Assembly (NCBI GenBank): GCA_020137815.1
Contig: CM035359.1
Span: 7,254,001-7,318,000 of the forward strand
Length of the DNA stretch: 64,000 bases
Reading direction: 5' to 3'
Origin: Hormiphora californensis
Lineage: Eukaryota > Animalia > Ctenophora
Shown here: positions 1 to 14,800 of the stretch, in pieces
Position numbering within the stretch: the stretch's first letter is position 1
How the letters are laid out: every line of letters starts with the position of its first letter
The notes under the pieces: model-generated
What the model was told of the DNA's origin: nothing
Database searches by the model: none
What the model saw: only the letters and a program-made list of their open reading frames with translations
Program-made: the position numbers and the translations under genes

Positions 1-1073
1 CTATGGCTGACGCCTGACTTCACTGCCTTGCATACATGGTTAGTCACCACTGGTGACCATTTGACTTGCCCAGTTACTCTCACTCTGTCATGGCGCTAGT
101 AATACACACCACCAAAAGTCCTAGCAAATACCCAGTTACACTCTCAATACTCTGAATCTAAACTTACTGTACCAGTTTGCAGCAAAATGGTTCAGCCCAG
201 CCTCCAATCCCCATGGCCATGGGTAGTAATGCGATAAAGTAACGTGATATATTGTAAAATCAAATTTTGATAGCGCTTTTTTTATCTTATCTCGACTCTC
301 TTAAGTCAGCGACTTTGCATTTCGTTCTCTTCTTTCTCTTCGATTTATCTTACGGTAAAGCCAGGTGACTTTGCAATGGCAGGCAAATATACATCTGGTG
401 CATCACACACGTCTCATGGTACATTACACTGTCGTCCAAACATGTCCTCTCTAGTTCTCACTTTCGGATCCAATTTCAACATGTTCCTTTTTGTATGCGG
501 GTGTACATGACTGTTGTGTACTAGTTGTTCCAATTCTTTCTTTTGATATCTTAACATTCTTACCCCCTTACTATGTTATACCTCCCCTTCTACACCCAAC
601 CACTGATGAACCATCTACCCTCCAGTAACCTTGAACCCCTTGATTTCACTAACCCCTCTCTTTCCTTGTTCAGCAAAATGTTAGAACTCCTTACTGGAAA
701 CCTATAGGAATTCTGTTATAACTTAGTAAAACATGGTTTTCGACTGTAAGTATCACACAGTTTTATTCGTTTTATTAGTTTGTTTGTAGCTCCATTTTCA
801 ATATTTCCCCCTAACAGCTCTTTTTTAATATGTTTCCTAACATTTCTCTCCCTAACACCACTCTCCCTCTCTCCAGATAAGAAAGATATAACTGACTACA
901 GCAGCCGAGACCAGTTCGCACATGTCGTAGAAGACGTATTTAGAATCATCGGAGAAGAAAGTGGTAAGACAATAATTTACTATTTTGTTGTATTTTTCAA
1001 CCGATTTTTGATAGGTTTCACAAGGTGGTATCTTGTAAATAGAGAGATCTGCTAGAATGTGATATCTTACGCT

Positions 1074-1132
1074 CCAGTTGCAGATTGGAGGCTGGCGCCA
1101 GTTTCTGGCGCCAGCCTCCAATCTGCAACTGG
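1074..1132. repeat. Perfect 28-bp inverted repeat with 3-nt loop
   Basis: ccagttgcagattggaggctggcgccag-ttt-ctggcgccagcctccaatctgcaactgg. Confidence 0.9.
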
Positions 1133-2831
1133 CGCAAGCTGGGAGAGTCCCTGTGCGCGCGAAATCTTCGTTGACTAGCAGGGTTTTCGATGTGATTTGC
1201 ATCTAGAGTGGCGCGCGCGGCAGTGTCAGCAGGGGCCTGCACCATTGTAACTAACTTCGGTCGCAAAATCTCTAACTGGACCCTTACAAAATACAAACTA
1301 ATACATCACTCTCAAAAAGTGTCATGATCATGACACATGCACGAACCAATGAGAGTTCCTAATTGCATGTAGACTCCTCTCATTACACACGCCCATCTCA
1401 GATTTAGAAAAACCAGAGCAGAGCACCAGGGAGAGAGACTTTGATACTCATTCTTATTTCGAAAGCGTAAGTCCACTCGATCTTGCGCACAAATGCGTGA
1501 GAGATCAACTATATCCCCCCTCCCCCATTTCCCTGATTCCCCTGATTTCCCTGACCCCCCCCCCCCCACTTGTTGCTGATGTTTTGCAAACTGTGCTGTG
1601 CAGTTGACATGTGTTAATGTTGAAGGCTGTGTTACTCTATCTCTCTCACTCAGCTACTATAAAACTTCCTCTAAGCATGTAAAATCCATCTTTTTTCTCT
1701 GTCCTTGATTTTATTTTGTAGAATTTGGGTTTTAACGATTGTCCTTTTTTTGTCTTTTCTAAAGCATTTCAACAAAGTATCAGGTCAAGTATTAACATTT
1801 AATTTCAGATCAAAACTCCTAACTTCAGGTCAAATCATCAAAAACGGGGGTGTCTGTCTTGGGCCACCTGTCACCACACATATTGTGTAAAAACTGTCCG
1901 ACTTTTGTCCGAGCACTGTATAAAATTGTCCTACATTTTGTCTCAAAACGACCCCACTATCTCAGGAACTGATCCCTGGCCAATGCTCTGGCAGGCTCGG
2001 TAAATGCTCGGCCATCTTCTCTCTCGACATACCTACATATCAGTCCGGCTCCCTCAAATTAAAAAGCACTTATTAGCAGTTCTCAGCCTGCTGAAACAAA
2101 ATTTCCCGAATTCAGTGCTCAACTGTAAGTAACCACTAAAATAAGAACTTTTGTTGAAAATCTGTGCATTACGGTATTTAAATTGATGGTGATTGGAAAA
2201 TCAAAATGTAAGTTTAGTCACAGTAGGACACAGCAAAACAGAGGACGCAACGGTGTCTCTCTCTCTCTCCCTCCCTCTTCCCTCTCCTGAATCAATATCT
2301 GACGGCAAATTGCCCCCTGCAGAGTAAAAAGGGCCAAGGGTAAGTCCCTCAATTCTACAAAGAAGAGCGCTCAGGTACGGTATAATACATGAATACATAC
2401 TGTGATATACAATACATACAATATAATACTGTACACTGTATACGATACAAATATGATATACAATACAATATGAATACATAATGTATACTGTATACACTAT
2501 ACAAATATGAATACATAATGAACACTGAATACGGAGGAAGCAGCGTAATGGACTATGAGGTTTTGGGTCTATTAGAGACGGAGAGAGAGGGGGCTCAGCT
2601 GTTATTATTAAATGGACTCCAGAGAGAGGGGGAGGTCAGGTGTTATTGGACTCCAGGGAATGTTTTCATATAAACTGAAGGAGGATCTTAATAATATATT
2701 TCCATGTAGCCATGCCTTCTTTCTAAATGTGTTGCAACCACTCCCCCCACCCACATTGTTCTAACATCAGACAGTCTATCTAACACCTGCCTCGCTCTTC
2801 CCAGGGTCTACAAATCCCAACACGACAAACA

Positions 2832-4776
2832 ATGCCTGCCCGAAGGCCCCCGGTTTCCGCCGATACAAGGCCGCTACCTAAACTGGATTTCTCTGCCATC
2901 CTCGCCAGAACAATAAAACCGCGTGATAGGGACAAGAACCCTTTCTTCAGCCTGGTAAGTTAAAATGTTGACTCCTTTCGGCCGTTCAGTGGGACCAAGA
3001 GAACCCCACCTCCCTCCTAACCTCATTTTACCTCTCCTAACTTCACCTCCCTCCTAACCTCACCTTCCTCCATCAGATGGCCCAATCGAAGAAGAATAAG
3101 GTAAAAAGGGTGAGTTTCAGTTTCCTAGAGATCAGCAAAACTCATCTACCAAACTGCAGACGGAGAGGTGCAAATACCTGCTCAGAATATGGACATCTAC
3201 ACCTCGCAACCTGCAAGAATTACATATCAGAAAAGGAGATGGAAAAACAGGTGAGAGAGAATGTTTGGTAGTAGTTTATTAATTAAATTTAATAGTTTGT
3301 CATGTAAATGTGATCTTTATACTACAGTTAGTAACTTCTGTTGTTTTTAATTTGTACTACAGTTAGTATTAACATTTCCCTCCTCCCAGGAATTCCACAT
3401 ACGAGCTGAGTTTATTGAGTCAAATGGTGCCTTTTCCTCCGATCCTGCCCAATTCTATACATCACCACCTACACAATTCGAGATACCACCCCTGCCTACT
3501 AGTCTAAACACAGTACCAGGAGTAATGAACAAGAAGAGCTCGACTACTGACTCGCTACCCTTCCACGAGAAGAACAGCCCAGGTAGGCAGGAGAGACCGG
3601 GGTGTAGTTGGTGGACAGTGGATAACAGAGGGAGACTGGAGAGAGTTACAGAGGGGCAGATTGGGGGTCATGAATCAGGGGGTCAGGGACAGGAGAGAGT
3701 TACAGAGATTAATGATTCAGAGGGCCAGGGTTCAGAGAATCAAGTAGAGAATCAGGGTAAAGGCAAGGAAAGACGGAGAAAACAGAACAGTGGTATTGTG
3801 ATTGTCGTTGGGACAAGAAAACAGAGCAAAATTGGTGGTATGCTTTTCTCTCTCCCCCCTCTCTCTATCTCTCTCTCCCTCCTTAATCCTTATTGTAACA
3901 ATCTCTCCCTCCCCAGGTCTGGAACGAACCCCTGCAAACAGCGTATTCAATAAACCAGCCCCAGAACTGTCCTTCCCACAAACCGCCCTGGACCTGCGGA
4001 ACGAGGTACTCCCACCACACCCAGAGATACCATCTGCCTCCCCCAGTAGAGAGACACCTCCCCAGGAACTGGTGTTACACAATGATGATGAACAGCCCAC
4101 CTCCTCTCGGGCCTCTTCTGTCTTCTCTGGTGATCTTGATGATGATATCATGGCATTGCTGGATGATAGTGATAGTGAGGGAGATGAGGAGGAGGAGGAG
4201 GATTCCTCCACCAAGGAGTCCTCGTCTGAGGAGGATTGTATTGTTGAACTGAAATCAGACAATAGAACTAAGAACATTGTAATTGAAGTTGTCCACTCTC
4301 CTGATAGTACCCCTGTAAAATCATTGCCCCCATCCAACCCTGTACTACTGGGACCCATTGTTAAAACTAGGACATCATTCTCTGATAGTGGGTATGGAGA
4401 TGAGGGGGAAGATGAAGAGGAGGCTCCAATAATCACACTCTCCTCCAGAAGGAGGGGTGCCAAGAAAGTTAAAACGTGGTTTGAAACCTCAACAACAACT
4501 GCTACCCCCACAGAAACAACCCAGGCGACCACTACTAAACAACCAATAGTGGTTGGGTTCGTCAACCCATTTACAAGAACACCCGTTACCACAGCAACAG
4601 CGGTGAAGGATGCCCCCTCAGTACTAGGGGGGTTAGTTACCAGATCAGTAGTAGCAACAGAGCCTGAGTTAACACTGCCCCGACATGATCCATCTGTCCA
4701 GGAACAGTGCTTCAAGTTCGATACCCCCAGCAGGGATGATATAGTCAGGGAGGCTCAGGGTGTCCTAACTAAATAG
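2832..4776 (+). CDS. Putative 4-exon gene for an acidic, Pro/Ser/Thr-rich, probably disordered protein (~449 aa), no recognisable domain
   Basis: Exons 2832-2954, 3077-3250, 3390-3582 and 3917-4776 join in frame through GT-AG introns with polypyrimidine tracts. The last exon is ORF 3802..4776 (DDSDSEGDEEEEED). Exon 2 has a small Cys/His cluster. Confidence 0.55.
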
Positions 4777-6452
4777 GACACAATCATCTGCTGCAAGACC
4801 CACCAATACTGCTACCTCTGCTACTGGACAACTCGTGTACATGATTTACACGAGTCAACCCCCCAAGAGACAATCTGGAGGCTGCAGTAGCTACCAATCA
4901 TGGTCAGCCTGCCTAGGACACTATATTAGGGCATCTTGATTCCACCAGATATCATCTTGTTCAAGACACCCATGATACATTCATCACTACTACTATCAGT
5001 GCAATTGTATCTAGACAGGGATATCTTGACAAGTTTCACGAACCTATACCATCTTTCGAACTGTATAACAGCAATGTTCCGCAGTGCGAGGGACTCTACC
5101 AAAATAGTGCCTACTATTTCCTGAGATAGCAATTAGGGGCCTTGTAGCTAGGGTTCCAACCGGAACTGCCGGTTTGCTGCTAGTTTGGGTAGTGAATACA
5201 GGTGTCATCGATCTTACAGGGTCCAGGGAATATTCGCATTTTTGGCTGGTTTTAGCTGTTTTAGGTGTTTTCTAGAACCTCTCTTCTAGTGTACCCTCTC
5301 ATGTGTACTCATGTTAAACATGTCCCCCACACACACACACACTGCTTCTTTCAGTCTGAACTTATAACCAGACTGAGCTTTAATAAAGTAGGTGTGTGGT
5401 TGGTGGTGTGTTTAACTGGGTATCGTATCAGGTGTGATTTTATTGGGAGGTTCTAGTTAACACCCTGAAACGGGGTACTATTGGACAATCTTTTTTATTT
5501 TGTAACAGACCATTAATTGGAAGGGAACTGCAGTTTGGTTCAAAAGTGATTTTAGTGTCCTAATATATTGTAACCCACCACCCCGGCAACAAATATGACA
5601 ATCTGTTAATGGGTTTTTAATCTTTAAGCTAGCAGGTTCGTTTGACCAAGGGTTATTATATTGGGTGTGTGATTGGAGAGATGATGTGTGTAAGGAAGGT
5701 GTGTGTGAGGAGGGTGTGTTGAAGAAAGATGACATGAGGTGACATGAGATGACATAGAGGTGATGATATGAAGTATGAACAGAGAGCCCTGGGATGTATT
5801 ATGTTAGCCATCTATTGGTTATCTTTGGGAACAGTTGCCTCTCTTGTATTGAGTTGTTTTATTAATTCCAGTAAAACATTTTCCAATACTAGTTTGGATA
5901 CTTGTTTAATAAAACCTCAACAAGATGGAGACCTGTAAAATTTTGGTTGCTCAGGGGTTGCTCAAACGAGCCTGCTAATCTGTCATTGTATGCAGAATTG
6001 GACTAAAAATCCTTTTTCAGCTGTTGCTGGGCTGTTGCTGGGGTCTTTTAATAATCGTACCAGGGCTAGTGATAACAGCAATTAGGGGGTGAAAATGACT
6101 CATTTATTCGCAATAAAGAATCATTTGGCAGTATTGATACATCTGGATAATCTTTGATAATGACTTGGATAATTACTCAAATGATCGATCCTGGATAACG
6201 ATTAGTTATCCCGTGGTATCAGGGGTAGATAGTCTGAGTTAGTTAATTATTATAATGATTCAAGGATGAGATCCTGCTAATTATTATAAGACTAAATGTT
6301 CGGGTTATTCGGGTCTATTGATCCCCTATCTGTTTTTGTACAGACATCTGGTACGATTATTAGAACTACATTTTGATTTTGGAAATTATCTTCCTTCTAG
6401 TTTATTATTACCATTATTAGTAAGAGTCACTAGTGTGGACTGTGGTTGATTA

Positions 6453-6674
6453 CAGTGGTCATCCGACATAATTGCCATATCTCGACGTGAACTTCGACGT
6501 GGAATTCGACCAGGAATAGCAGGCGTTTGTAGTTATGAACGCCTGCTGCCCATGCCGCACGTGCCAATGTGCCGCGCACAGCAGGCGTTCATAACTACAA
6601 ACGCCTGCTATTCCTAGTCGAATTCCACGTCGAAGTTCACGTCGAGATATGGCAATTATGTCGGATGACCACTG
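6453..6674. mobile_element. Foldback MITE, Tc1/mariner-like CAGTGG termini
   Basis: ~95-bp near-perfect inverted arms cagtggtcatccgacataattgcc...ggcaattatgtcggatgaccactg, with TA on the left flank. Confidence 0.75.
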
Positions 6675-7822
6675 TTATAACAGATAACTTCTGTGTCACG
6701 GCCCGTACCACGCTAGTGCCCCTTACTTTTGGTGGCCTAAAAGTTACTACTTATTATTATATTAATTGTAGGTTTTTCGGCCTAAAAGTTATCGCCTATT
6801 AGTATAGGTTTGTTTTTTGTGTACAGTATCTTTTTTAACGTGAACTTCATCTTATGATGTAGTGTGAAAGAAATATTTCTTATATGTCATGCACAGTTAC
6901 TAATCTTTGTTAAATCCTCAGATCTGCACTCAATGATCTACTACTGAGTGCAGGGGACTGAGTGTAACAGGTAAAGTTACTCAGTTTTTAAGGTAAAAAT
7001 GAATGGTTAACGCATGAATGGTTAACGCATGTAAATGTGAAATGTCACCCAGTAAAAACAAAGCAGCAAAACTGCTGTTTTGGTTTTCTATTGGCCCATA
7101 TGAATGATTAATGAAACTCATTATGAATGATTAAACTAATTATTCAATGTGGCTACTGTATAATGCTAGCGGTATAGTGACCCGCTAGCGCCATTAGTAT
7201 TGTTTATCTTACTATCGACCATTTAGGAATCGACGCTTTGGAAAGCTATTCGTTTCTTATTACAAACTATTTTCCAAAATCTTACATTCGATTCCTGCTA
7301 TGCCAGGTTAGTATCAAAAGTTAGTCCCAGAAAGTTACAATTTGATTTTGAAAAGAGAGAGAAAAAGAGAGAGAGAGACCATCTCCCAATATGATTATGC
7401 TGCTGATGGTCCCGGGGCACTGTCTCCCTACATGGCTCCATTAGCATCATTGGGAGTATTGTTACAAAATATCGTGCACAGGGGTTGTAGGAGGTTTGTA
7501 ATACACCACTTCCCTGTGTTTTTATGGAATTGTTTTGTTAATAGTTATTGTTATAGGAGTTTTAAATTCCATAATTTATAACTTGTCTCACCCCCGGATT
7601 ATGTCTGATTTGGTTCGTTAAGCCAGGAGATCGTGCTGTTTAATTTGGTTGCTGTTATTGCTATTTCTGAGAAAAGAGCACTACAGATTCTCGAAAAGTG
7701 TCAGCTTGGTCCGTCCTCTTCATTTCCATGCCTGCAGTGCTGGAAATATGGGCGAGATCATTTGGCATTGAGAGTCTGTACCAGGCCATATATGGCTATC
7801 TCTGGCTTTTACTTTGGTTAAA

Positions 7823-7945
7823 TAAAGTCGGATTTTTTGAAGTTGTCACCCCCAAACGACCACGCATGTGAAATTTATCAATTTTGACGCGCAAAAACAT
7901 TCCGTGCACGGAAAGGGGGATGACAACTTCAAAAATCAGACTTTA
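7823..7945. mobile_element. MITE, short copy of the family also at 49214-49482
   Basis: TIRs taaagtcggattttttgaagttgtcacccc / ggggatgacaacttcaaaaatcagacttta. Confidence 0.75.
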
Positions 7946-8030
7946 CTGGTGCTTGCTAGAAGTGAAATGATATGGGATGTTCCTTGATTCTTGAGTGGTT
8001 ATTCTAATTCTACTTCTAGCAACACTATAC

Positions 8031-8208
8031 TATAGAGATTACAAAGTTAAGAGGAAGACTACCCCCGTTGTCATGTTTCCATGGCAATAAAAGGAGGTAT
8101 ACTACAGGATAATGAGGTGATGATAATCACCACCGGAGTAGTCTCCTTTTATCGCCATGGAAACATGACAATGGGGGCAGTCTTCCTCTTAACTTTGTAA
8201 TCTCTATA
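8031..8208. mobile_element. Foldback MITE
   Basis: ~65-bp inverted arms tatagagattacaaagttaagaggaagact...agtcttcctcttaactttgtaatctctata. Confidence 0.7.
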
Positions 8209-8862
8209 CTTCAGGCTCAATGCCATACATGTTAACCCCAAACTTTTCAAAATTTAATTACTGTAAAACTTTCTGAAATAACGTGTATTTATTGTCAAAT
8301 ACTCTACGGTATCGAACGGGTGCAAAGGTCAAAATCATCATCACAGCCACACACTCACAGTTAGAGTCATAATCTCACTGATAACCACCTTTTTTGGAGG
8401 ATTAAGATAGGTCTGTTGCGCGCGGATAGTTCTAAACTTCTCTGCCGTTTATCGCCGCGCTTAATCAATCGCGCGCGTCGCAAAATAAGATCAGGTAAGA
8501 AGTTTGAATTTAAAAACAGTGCAGGGTTTTTTATTTTTGAATTTCTCTTTTTAGTTTTTTTTTTAAACTTTTCTAGTTCTGATCATAGGCCACATCACAA
8601 CGGTTGATACTGAATCGATAAGAATCACGTCATCCCTTCAGGGTGACGCACGCCTTGCAGCGGGATCAAAAGATGTAGTTTTTCTACTGAATCAGTGGGG
8701 TGACGTGAGCCTGCCCGATCAAAAATGCATTGCTATCTAGTATTCACCACTAAAATAGTGATTAAAATTACCTAAGTAGCTTTCACTAAGGTTTCTATTC
8801 ACTCCACTTGGTTTCCTTTGGAAAGATCTTTCAGTTATTCATAGTTTCCCGTTATCAGTGAC

Positions 8863-11800
8863 ATGGCGGGTACCATCACGGAGGTAGAATATTGTCTGGT
8901 GTGTAAAGCCCAGATGGACAGGTATGCAGGTTGAACATTACAAGTGTTCATCTCAGTAGATAAGAGAGACATATATATGTGTTTTGCTTTTCATTGTCAT
9001 TTGGCTGATACATATAACCTGCTGACTTTCCATGTCATCTGAGTGTTGGCTCCTTTTGAGCTAAAGCTTTGTGTACAATACTAAATTTTTTACGAATGTT
9101 TACGAATGTTTACGAATGAATATTTTCAGGGTGGAAGAGGCAGCAGTTAGCTTACTACAGTTTGGGAAAGTACACATGAAATGTTTTCGTTGTGAGATCT
9201 GTACTATTCCTCTAAATCTCTCTAACTTCAGGTAAAACTGGGGTTTCAGTTTCTAAATGATATTGAGAATATAATACTGGTTGACTTTGAGATGATAATA
9301 TTATCCCTCTTTACAGGTTTGAAAACCACTCTCTGAGGTTAACTTGTTCCAGTCATTCTGGTGTCGACGGAGGGGAGACATCTGTCACCCAGTTCAAAGT
9401 TTGTCAAACTATTCCTTATTACTTATTAGTGTTCTTAATAGATAGGCTGATTAGGAACTGTTCACGATCAATTCAAAAATAAGGTGCTATTCCTAGAAAT
9501 ATATCATTATCACGCGAACGTTATAATGGCAGCACTCTCATTTCACTATTTCAGGGGCGGTTTTTCTCAGTAGCTGCGTTGGCGGACTATTCTTCACTCG
9601 AAAAGTAATTATACCATTTATGGAGATACAATATAGTAAAGAGGCAAACCCAGCAGTGTGTGTAACTCATCTTTTCATCCTAGCTCTCCACTTTCACTAC
9701 CACTCTAGCTCTCTTCGGAATACTGGAATAGAATGACTTTTCGGAATAGAAAGACTCTATGGAATAGAACCATGTGTTTTTTTAGTGCTGTGGAGCCCTG
9801 TTAGAACTAAACAAGTGTTTCTTGTACTGTTTTGAGCAAGAAGTCAAGTAGAGCGAATATAGTGAATAAACCAAACCTAGGAGGGAAGTTAGATTTGGTT
9901 TTTATTATATTTGGTTTATTCACTTTATTCGCTTTACTTGGCTGTCACCAGGAATCTAAAACATCTGGATACAACATCAGCCTTCATTGAGACAAGCTCG
10001 GACAAGTTTATGGCGGAACTGAGGAGCTTTCAAAATCTAATTCTTGCCAAATCTCAAGTCAAGGTAAATAAAACACGTGTAGAAGTAGAACTAGGAAAAG
10101 AGCCAAAATATCATGGTTGTGTCATCCTGTGCAGTAGGCTAGGTGGTTGATCCGCTCGTATAATACCCCCCGATGTATTTAATTACCCCTGTCTCTCCCC
10201 CAGCAATGTTTGCAAGACGAACCCCCCAAAGCAGGGTGCATCACTAGCAATCATCTCAATACTAACAAGCTAGTGGACTGTAATGAAAAGTTCTGGATTG
10301 AGATACCTAGTCAGGAACTTACACAGATAGAGGTTAGTAGTTGCCTAGCTAGACTATGTTTCGCGCGCCCCGCGAGGTTAGTAGTAGTACATGCAGTGAT
10401 CGTGAAGTCTTATAAGTCTAACATATCACTATATCAGTAGAGCTATGCTTTGACCGGGGGATGAGGACGCAAAACCCAAGTAAATTGTTACACGGGGTTC
10501 CCCCCCCCCTTAGTTTCCTTTCTGTTACAGATAGAACCCCTCCTAGTAGTTCCTTCCTGATACAGCTGATATAAGTAGCCCCTGTAACAGCTGATATATA
10601 GCCCCTCTTATCTATACTTCCCTTTCTGTTACAGATAGAACTGCACGAGGATGATATTTACAGAGTTCACTTCCTGGATCACGACCACTGGAATTATTAT
10701 ACAGTTGAGGATGGTGCTGGGCCCTGTATTCTGTCCTTCAAACAGGAGGTATGTTGGTGTTTTGTGGTGGTGTTACCATGGTAACTAGAGTGGTTGGTTC
10801 AACACCCTTCTTTACGGCGGCGCCCCTTCCTCTCCTAGTATCACACTAGAACGGAAGATCCACGTTCATTATGTCCCCCGCCAAGGTCACATACGGTAGG
10901 CGGTAAATGTTAACCAGATCTGTGAGAATTTTGCACGTTTTTGCCCATAACTCAGCCATTTCTTGACTAATTTGCAAAATCTTTGGCTCATTGGAAAGAG
11001 GACATTGAGATCTCTCAAATGTGCTCAAGAAAATATAAATTGGCGCAAATTGCACGGCGTGGTGGCCAAAACGCGCATTTTGCGCCATGACGCCGCGCAT
11101 TTTGCGCCGATTTTAGTTTTATTGGGCTCATTTAAAAGAGCTCAATGTCCTCTTTCCAACGCGCCCAAGATTTTGCAAATTGGTCAAGAAATGACTGAGT
11201 TATGGACAAAAACGTGGTTTTGCACGTACGTTTTCTCTCAGATCTGGTTAACATTTACCGCCTACCGTCACATACACACTCTGTGTGCTAAATCTCATAC
11301 CAGCGACTGCCTGGGTGTAACCAGTGGTTACTAACTGGTAAAATGTAACCATGGCAACAATTTCTTCAGGTTTCATCAGGAACTAGAGAGCATTTCCGAA
11401 TTCTAGTTCGGGGGTACTGTCACCTTGCTCACGGCCTACTTCAACCGACCGCCATATCTGCTAACAGGTGATCCAGCTTCGTCTGTCTGTGAGTGTGATT
11501 GTGTGTGGGTATGTGTATCTCGAGTATATCAGCGACTCTTGTCTCGATTCTCGCGTGTCAGTGTGCCAATCAGTTGAACCAGTCCACTCGTGATTTCTAC
11601 CAAACTTTGTAGTGAGCATGTTTCATTCCCAGATACGAGAGAGACGAAGTGGTCAGGGCAGTAGGGAAAGAGATGGGTTTTACCAACCCCTTCGTGTTGG
11701 TATCACATCACAAGGCTAAAAGGGAGCTACTGAAACTTGATAACTGTTTCTTCAAGCACCAATACAAGGTATATAATAAAATGAATATCTACAGTTCAAA

Positions 11801-14800
11801 TTGTATTTAGAAACTGTGAAAAGAACCTGTTATCAATAGATTAGTCAGGTGTTTTGTTTTATGGAATCTCTCTCTCAATACAGGGGTGCTGAAACTCCGT
11901 GATAACCAGCTCCCTCTCTTGGCAGGTTGGGGTTGTGTTTCTAAAGGAGTATCAGAGATGCGAAGAAGAGATATTTGGAAACCAACAGGAGGACAGCCCC
12001 AGATTTGAGGAATTCCTCCGACTTATTGGGAAAAGGTAACAGTGATGTTGAGAGAGGTAACAGTGATGCTGAGAGAGGTAACAGTGATGTTGAGAGAGGT
12101 AACAGTGATGTTGAGAGAGGTAACAGTGATGTTGAGAGAGGTAACAGTGATGTTGAGAGAGGTAACAGTGATGTTGAGAGAGAGGTAACAGTGATGTTGA
12201 GAGAGGTAACAGTGATGTTGAGAGTTTGTGTACCTATTGTACATATTGTACATACAGGGGTGAGAGCAGATGTTTGCTACATCTGGTGTACTGTGTAAAA
12301 GAGCTATGTGGTCTATCGTGGTTCGCAGTAAAGTAGCTCTGTACTTAATTCGAAGAACTTCGTTCGATCCCGGGCCTAACTGCCTCCCTATTTAACTTGA
12401 TCAGATCTCATTGATGATCGAAGACTCATCTCCTCCAACTTAGGGTTACACTGAAAGGGTTCAAGGGATTCAGGGGAGGTTTAGATGCCATCAGCAACCA
12501 GACAGGGGAGGAGTCTGTCCATACCACTTGGAGAAGTAGGTGATACAAGTAGCGAGGTGCTATCATAGAGTGACACTCTGAATAATGAGTTCAGAGCAAG
12601 AATTAAATAGGGAAGAAAATCGAAAAATAACACTTTTTTTAGTTACTGACTTGTGATCTGAGTCATACTAAGATTACTTTTGCCCAAGTTCAGATTTAAT
12701 TGATAATTTAATTCAATGTTACAGATAATGAGTTTATGTTCCACGTTTCAACACTTTTACCTTACTCTTACGAAGACAAGCAACAGGTAAAAATCTAGAA
12801 AATCTAGTAGTCACCGTAACTTATCCATCCTTCTCCTTACTTCAATCATCTCTATCAACCCCCTCGACTAGACCCCCTCTATAATTATACCTCTCTCCCA
12901 CTTCTTTTCCCTCTCTATCTCGACCCTCCCCAGTTACAAAGAAAGCGGCACATTGGTAACGATATCGCATGTATTGTGTTCCTGGATGGTCCAACTGTGC
13001 GATTTAACCCGTCCTGTATCAAGAGCCACTTCTTACATGTGTTTATTGTGGTTCGACCTGTCCCAGGCGGATATAATGTAAGTAATGGGTGTGTTTAGAG
13101 TGAGAAGTCCTGGGGGCTGATTTAGGCTGATGCATGCCATGACTGTCGCTCGATCGAAACTAGGGCGCCTACTATTAGCCAATATATCGCTATACTAATG
13201 GTAGAACACTCTTCACACATGTGGTATAGCTACACCATCTCCAGTAGCTAATTCAAGATTGGAGGGCGTGGGGGTGACTCACAACTCTTCTTTTTTCACC
13301 CTCTCTCCCTGGTCTCTCCAAAGAAGTATAATCAATAGATATCTGACTACATTTGGTATAAACGGTTGTACACTACCCCCTCCCCCACACAGCAGCTGAC
13401 CCTCTGCAGCTTGACAGAGGGTGGGGTAGTGTAGTTATCGACGTAGCGCGCGGTGTCATCCCTGTGAGACCCTCTGCGCAGTCATTGGCCAGTGAAGCAC
13501 GCTTGCAACACATGCCGTGTGGGATTTGGGACCGCGCGCGCGAGGAGTACATGGGGGGAGTACATGGATTTGGGGATTATACACATTAACACGATACATT
13601 GTACATTTTCCAAGTCTTGTACACACCGTATATAACTGTAGTAAGAGCCACACAACCCTTCCCTTTCAGTTGGCAGTGGTGGCGAAGAATGGGGTCATGC
13701 TCTTCGGACCTCAAGTTAGAACAGACTATGTATTCCAACGGGTGAGTCTTCAGGATATGGGATATGAGGTCGCTCAAATCTCACTCTCAGCACAAGTAAC
13801 CATATCTCCCCACACACAGGACAACAAGTTCAGAGACTTCCTGATGTGTAAGATAGTGAACGGACAGAATGCTGCTTTCAACGCTTCAAAATTCAAAGTT
13901 ATGATGGAGCGAACAAGACATCAGATGCTGGGAGACCTTGTTCAGAAGTTTAAAATTGATACGGAATCAAGGAAGCGAGATTATAATATTAACATGGAAA
14001 CTGGGTATGTGATCGACACCCCCCCCCCTTCGAGAGGGGTATCTTTCATTCCTTCACCCGGTTATATTTGTCACCCACATCTCACCCCATCACCACCAGG
14101 AGAGGAACATGGCTGCCACTGGGGGCAATAAGACCCGAGTCCCCTCTCCGGGATGCCGTGTCAATGCGATACGAGAACTCCAACAAGTTGGGCAAGGATA
14201 TGGAGTGTGAGTACCTCTCACCTACCTTTAATGGTAAGATGCATCACCAGTAATGGAGAGACAATCTCGAGCTAAAAAGGGGGGGGTGACACGTAACACT
14301 TTGTAACACTTTGTAACATGTAACGTGCACAAAATATTTTCTGCACATGTTACAAAGTGTTACAAGCGTTACAAAGTGTTACAAAGTGTTACAAAGTGTT
14401 ACAAAATGTTGCAAAATGTTGCAAAAAATGCCCATTTTGTAACATTTTGTAACACTTTGTAACATTTTGTAACACTTTGTAACATTTTGTAACACTTTGT
14501 AACACTTTGTAACACTTTGTAACACTTTGTAACATGTAACGTGCACAAAAAGTTTTCTGCACATGTTACAAAGTGTTACAAAGTGTTACGTGTCACCCCC
14601 CCCTAAAAATCCCTCAAGCTCTTTAGATTGAATTTGTTGATTACGAGTATTTTATGGTCCTCTATTAGAGACACCTGCTATGTGTTACACAGTTTCATAA
14701 CTCTTTCTCCCTGCAGAGTTTTGTGACGTGGTTATCTGTGTGGGGAAATGTAAAACTGTTCTGTTCGGAATCAAAGCCGTCATGTCTGTTAGGTGCAGGT

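Noticed and set aside
3732-4715. 327-aa minus-strand ORF
   Set aside because: It is the antisense shadow of the + strand exon, which has splice support.
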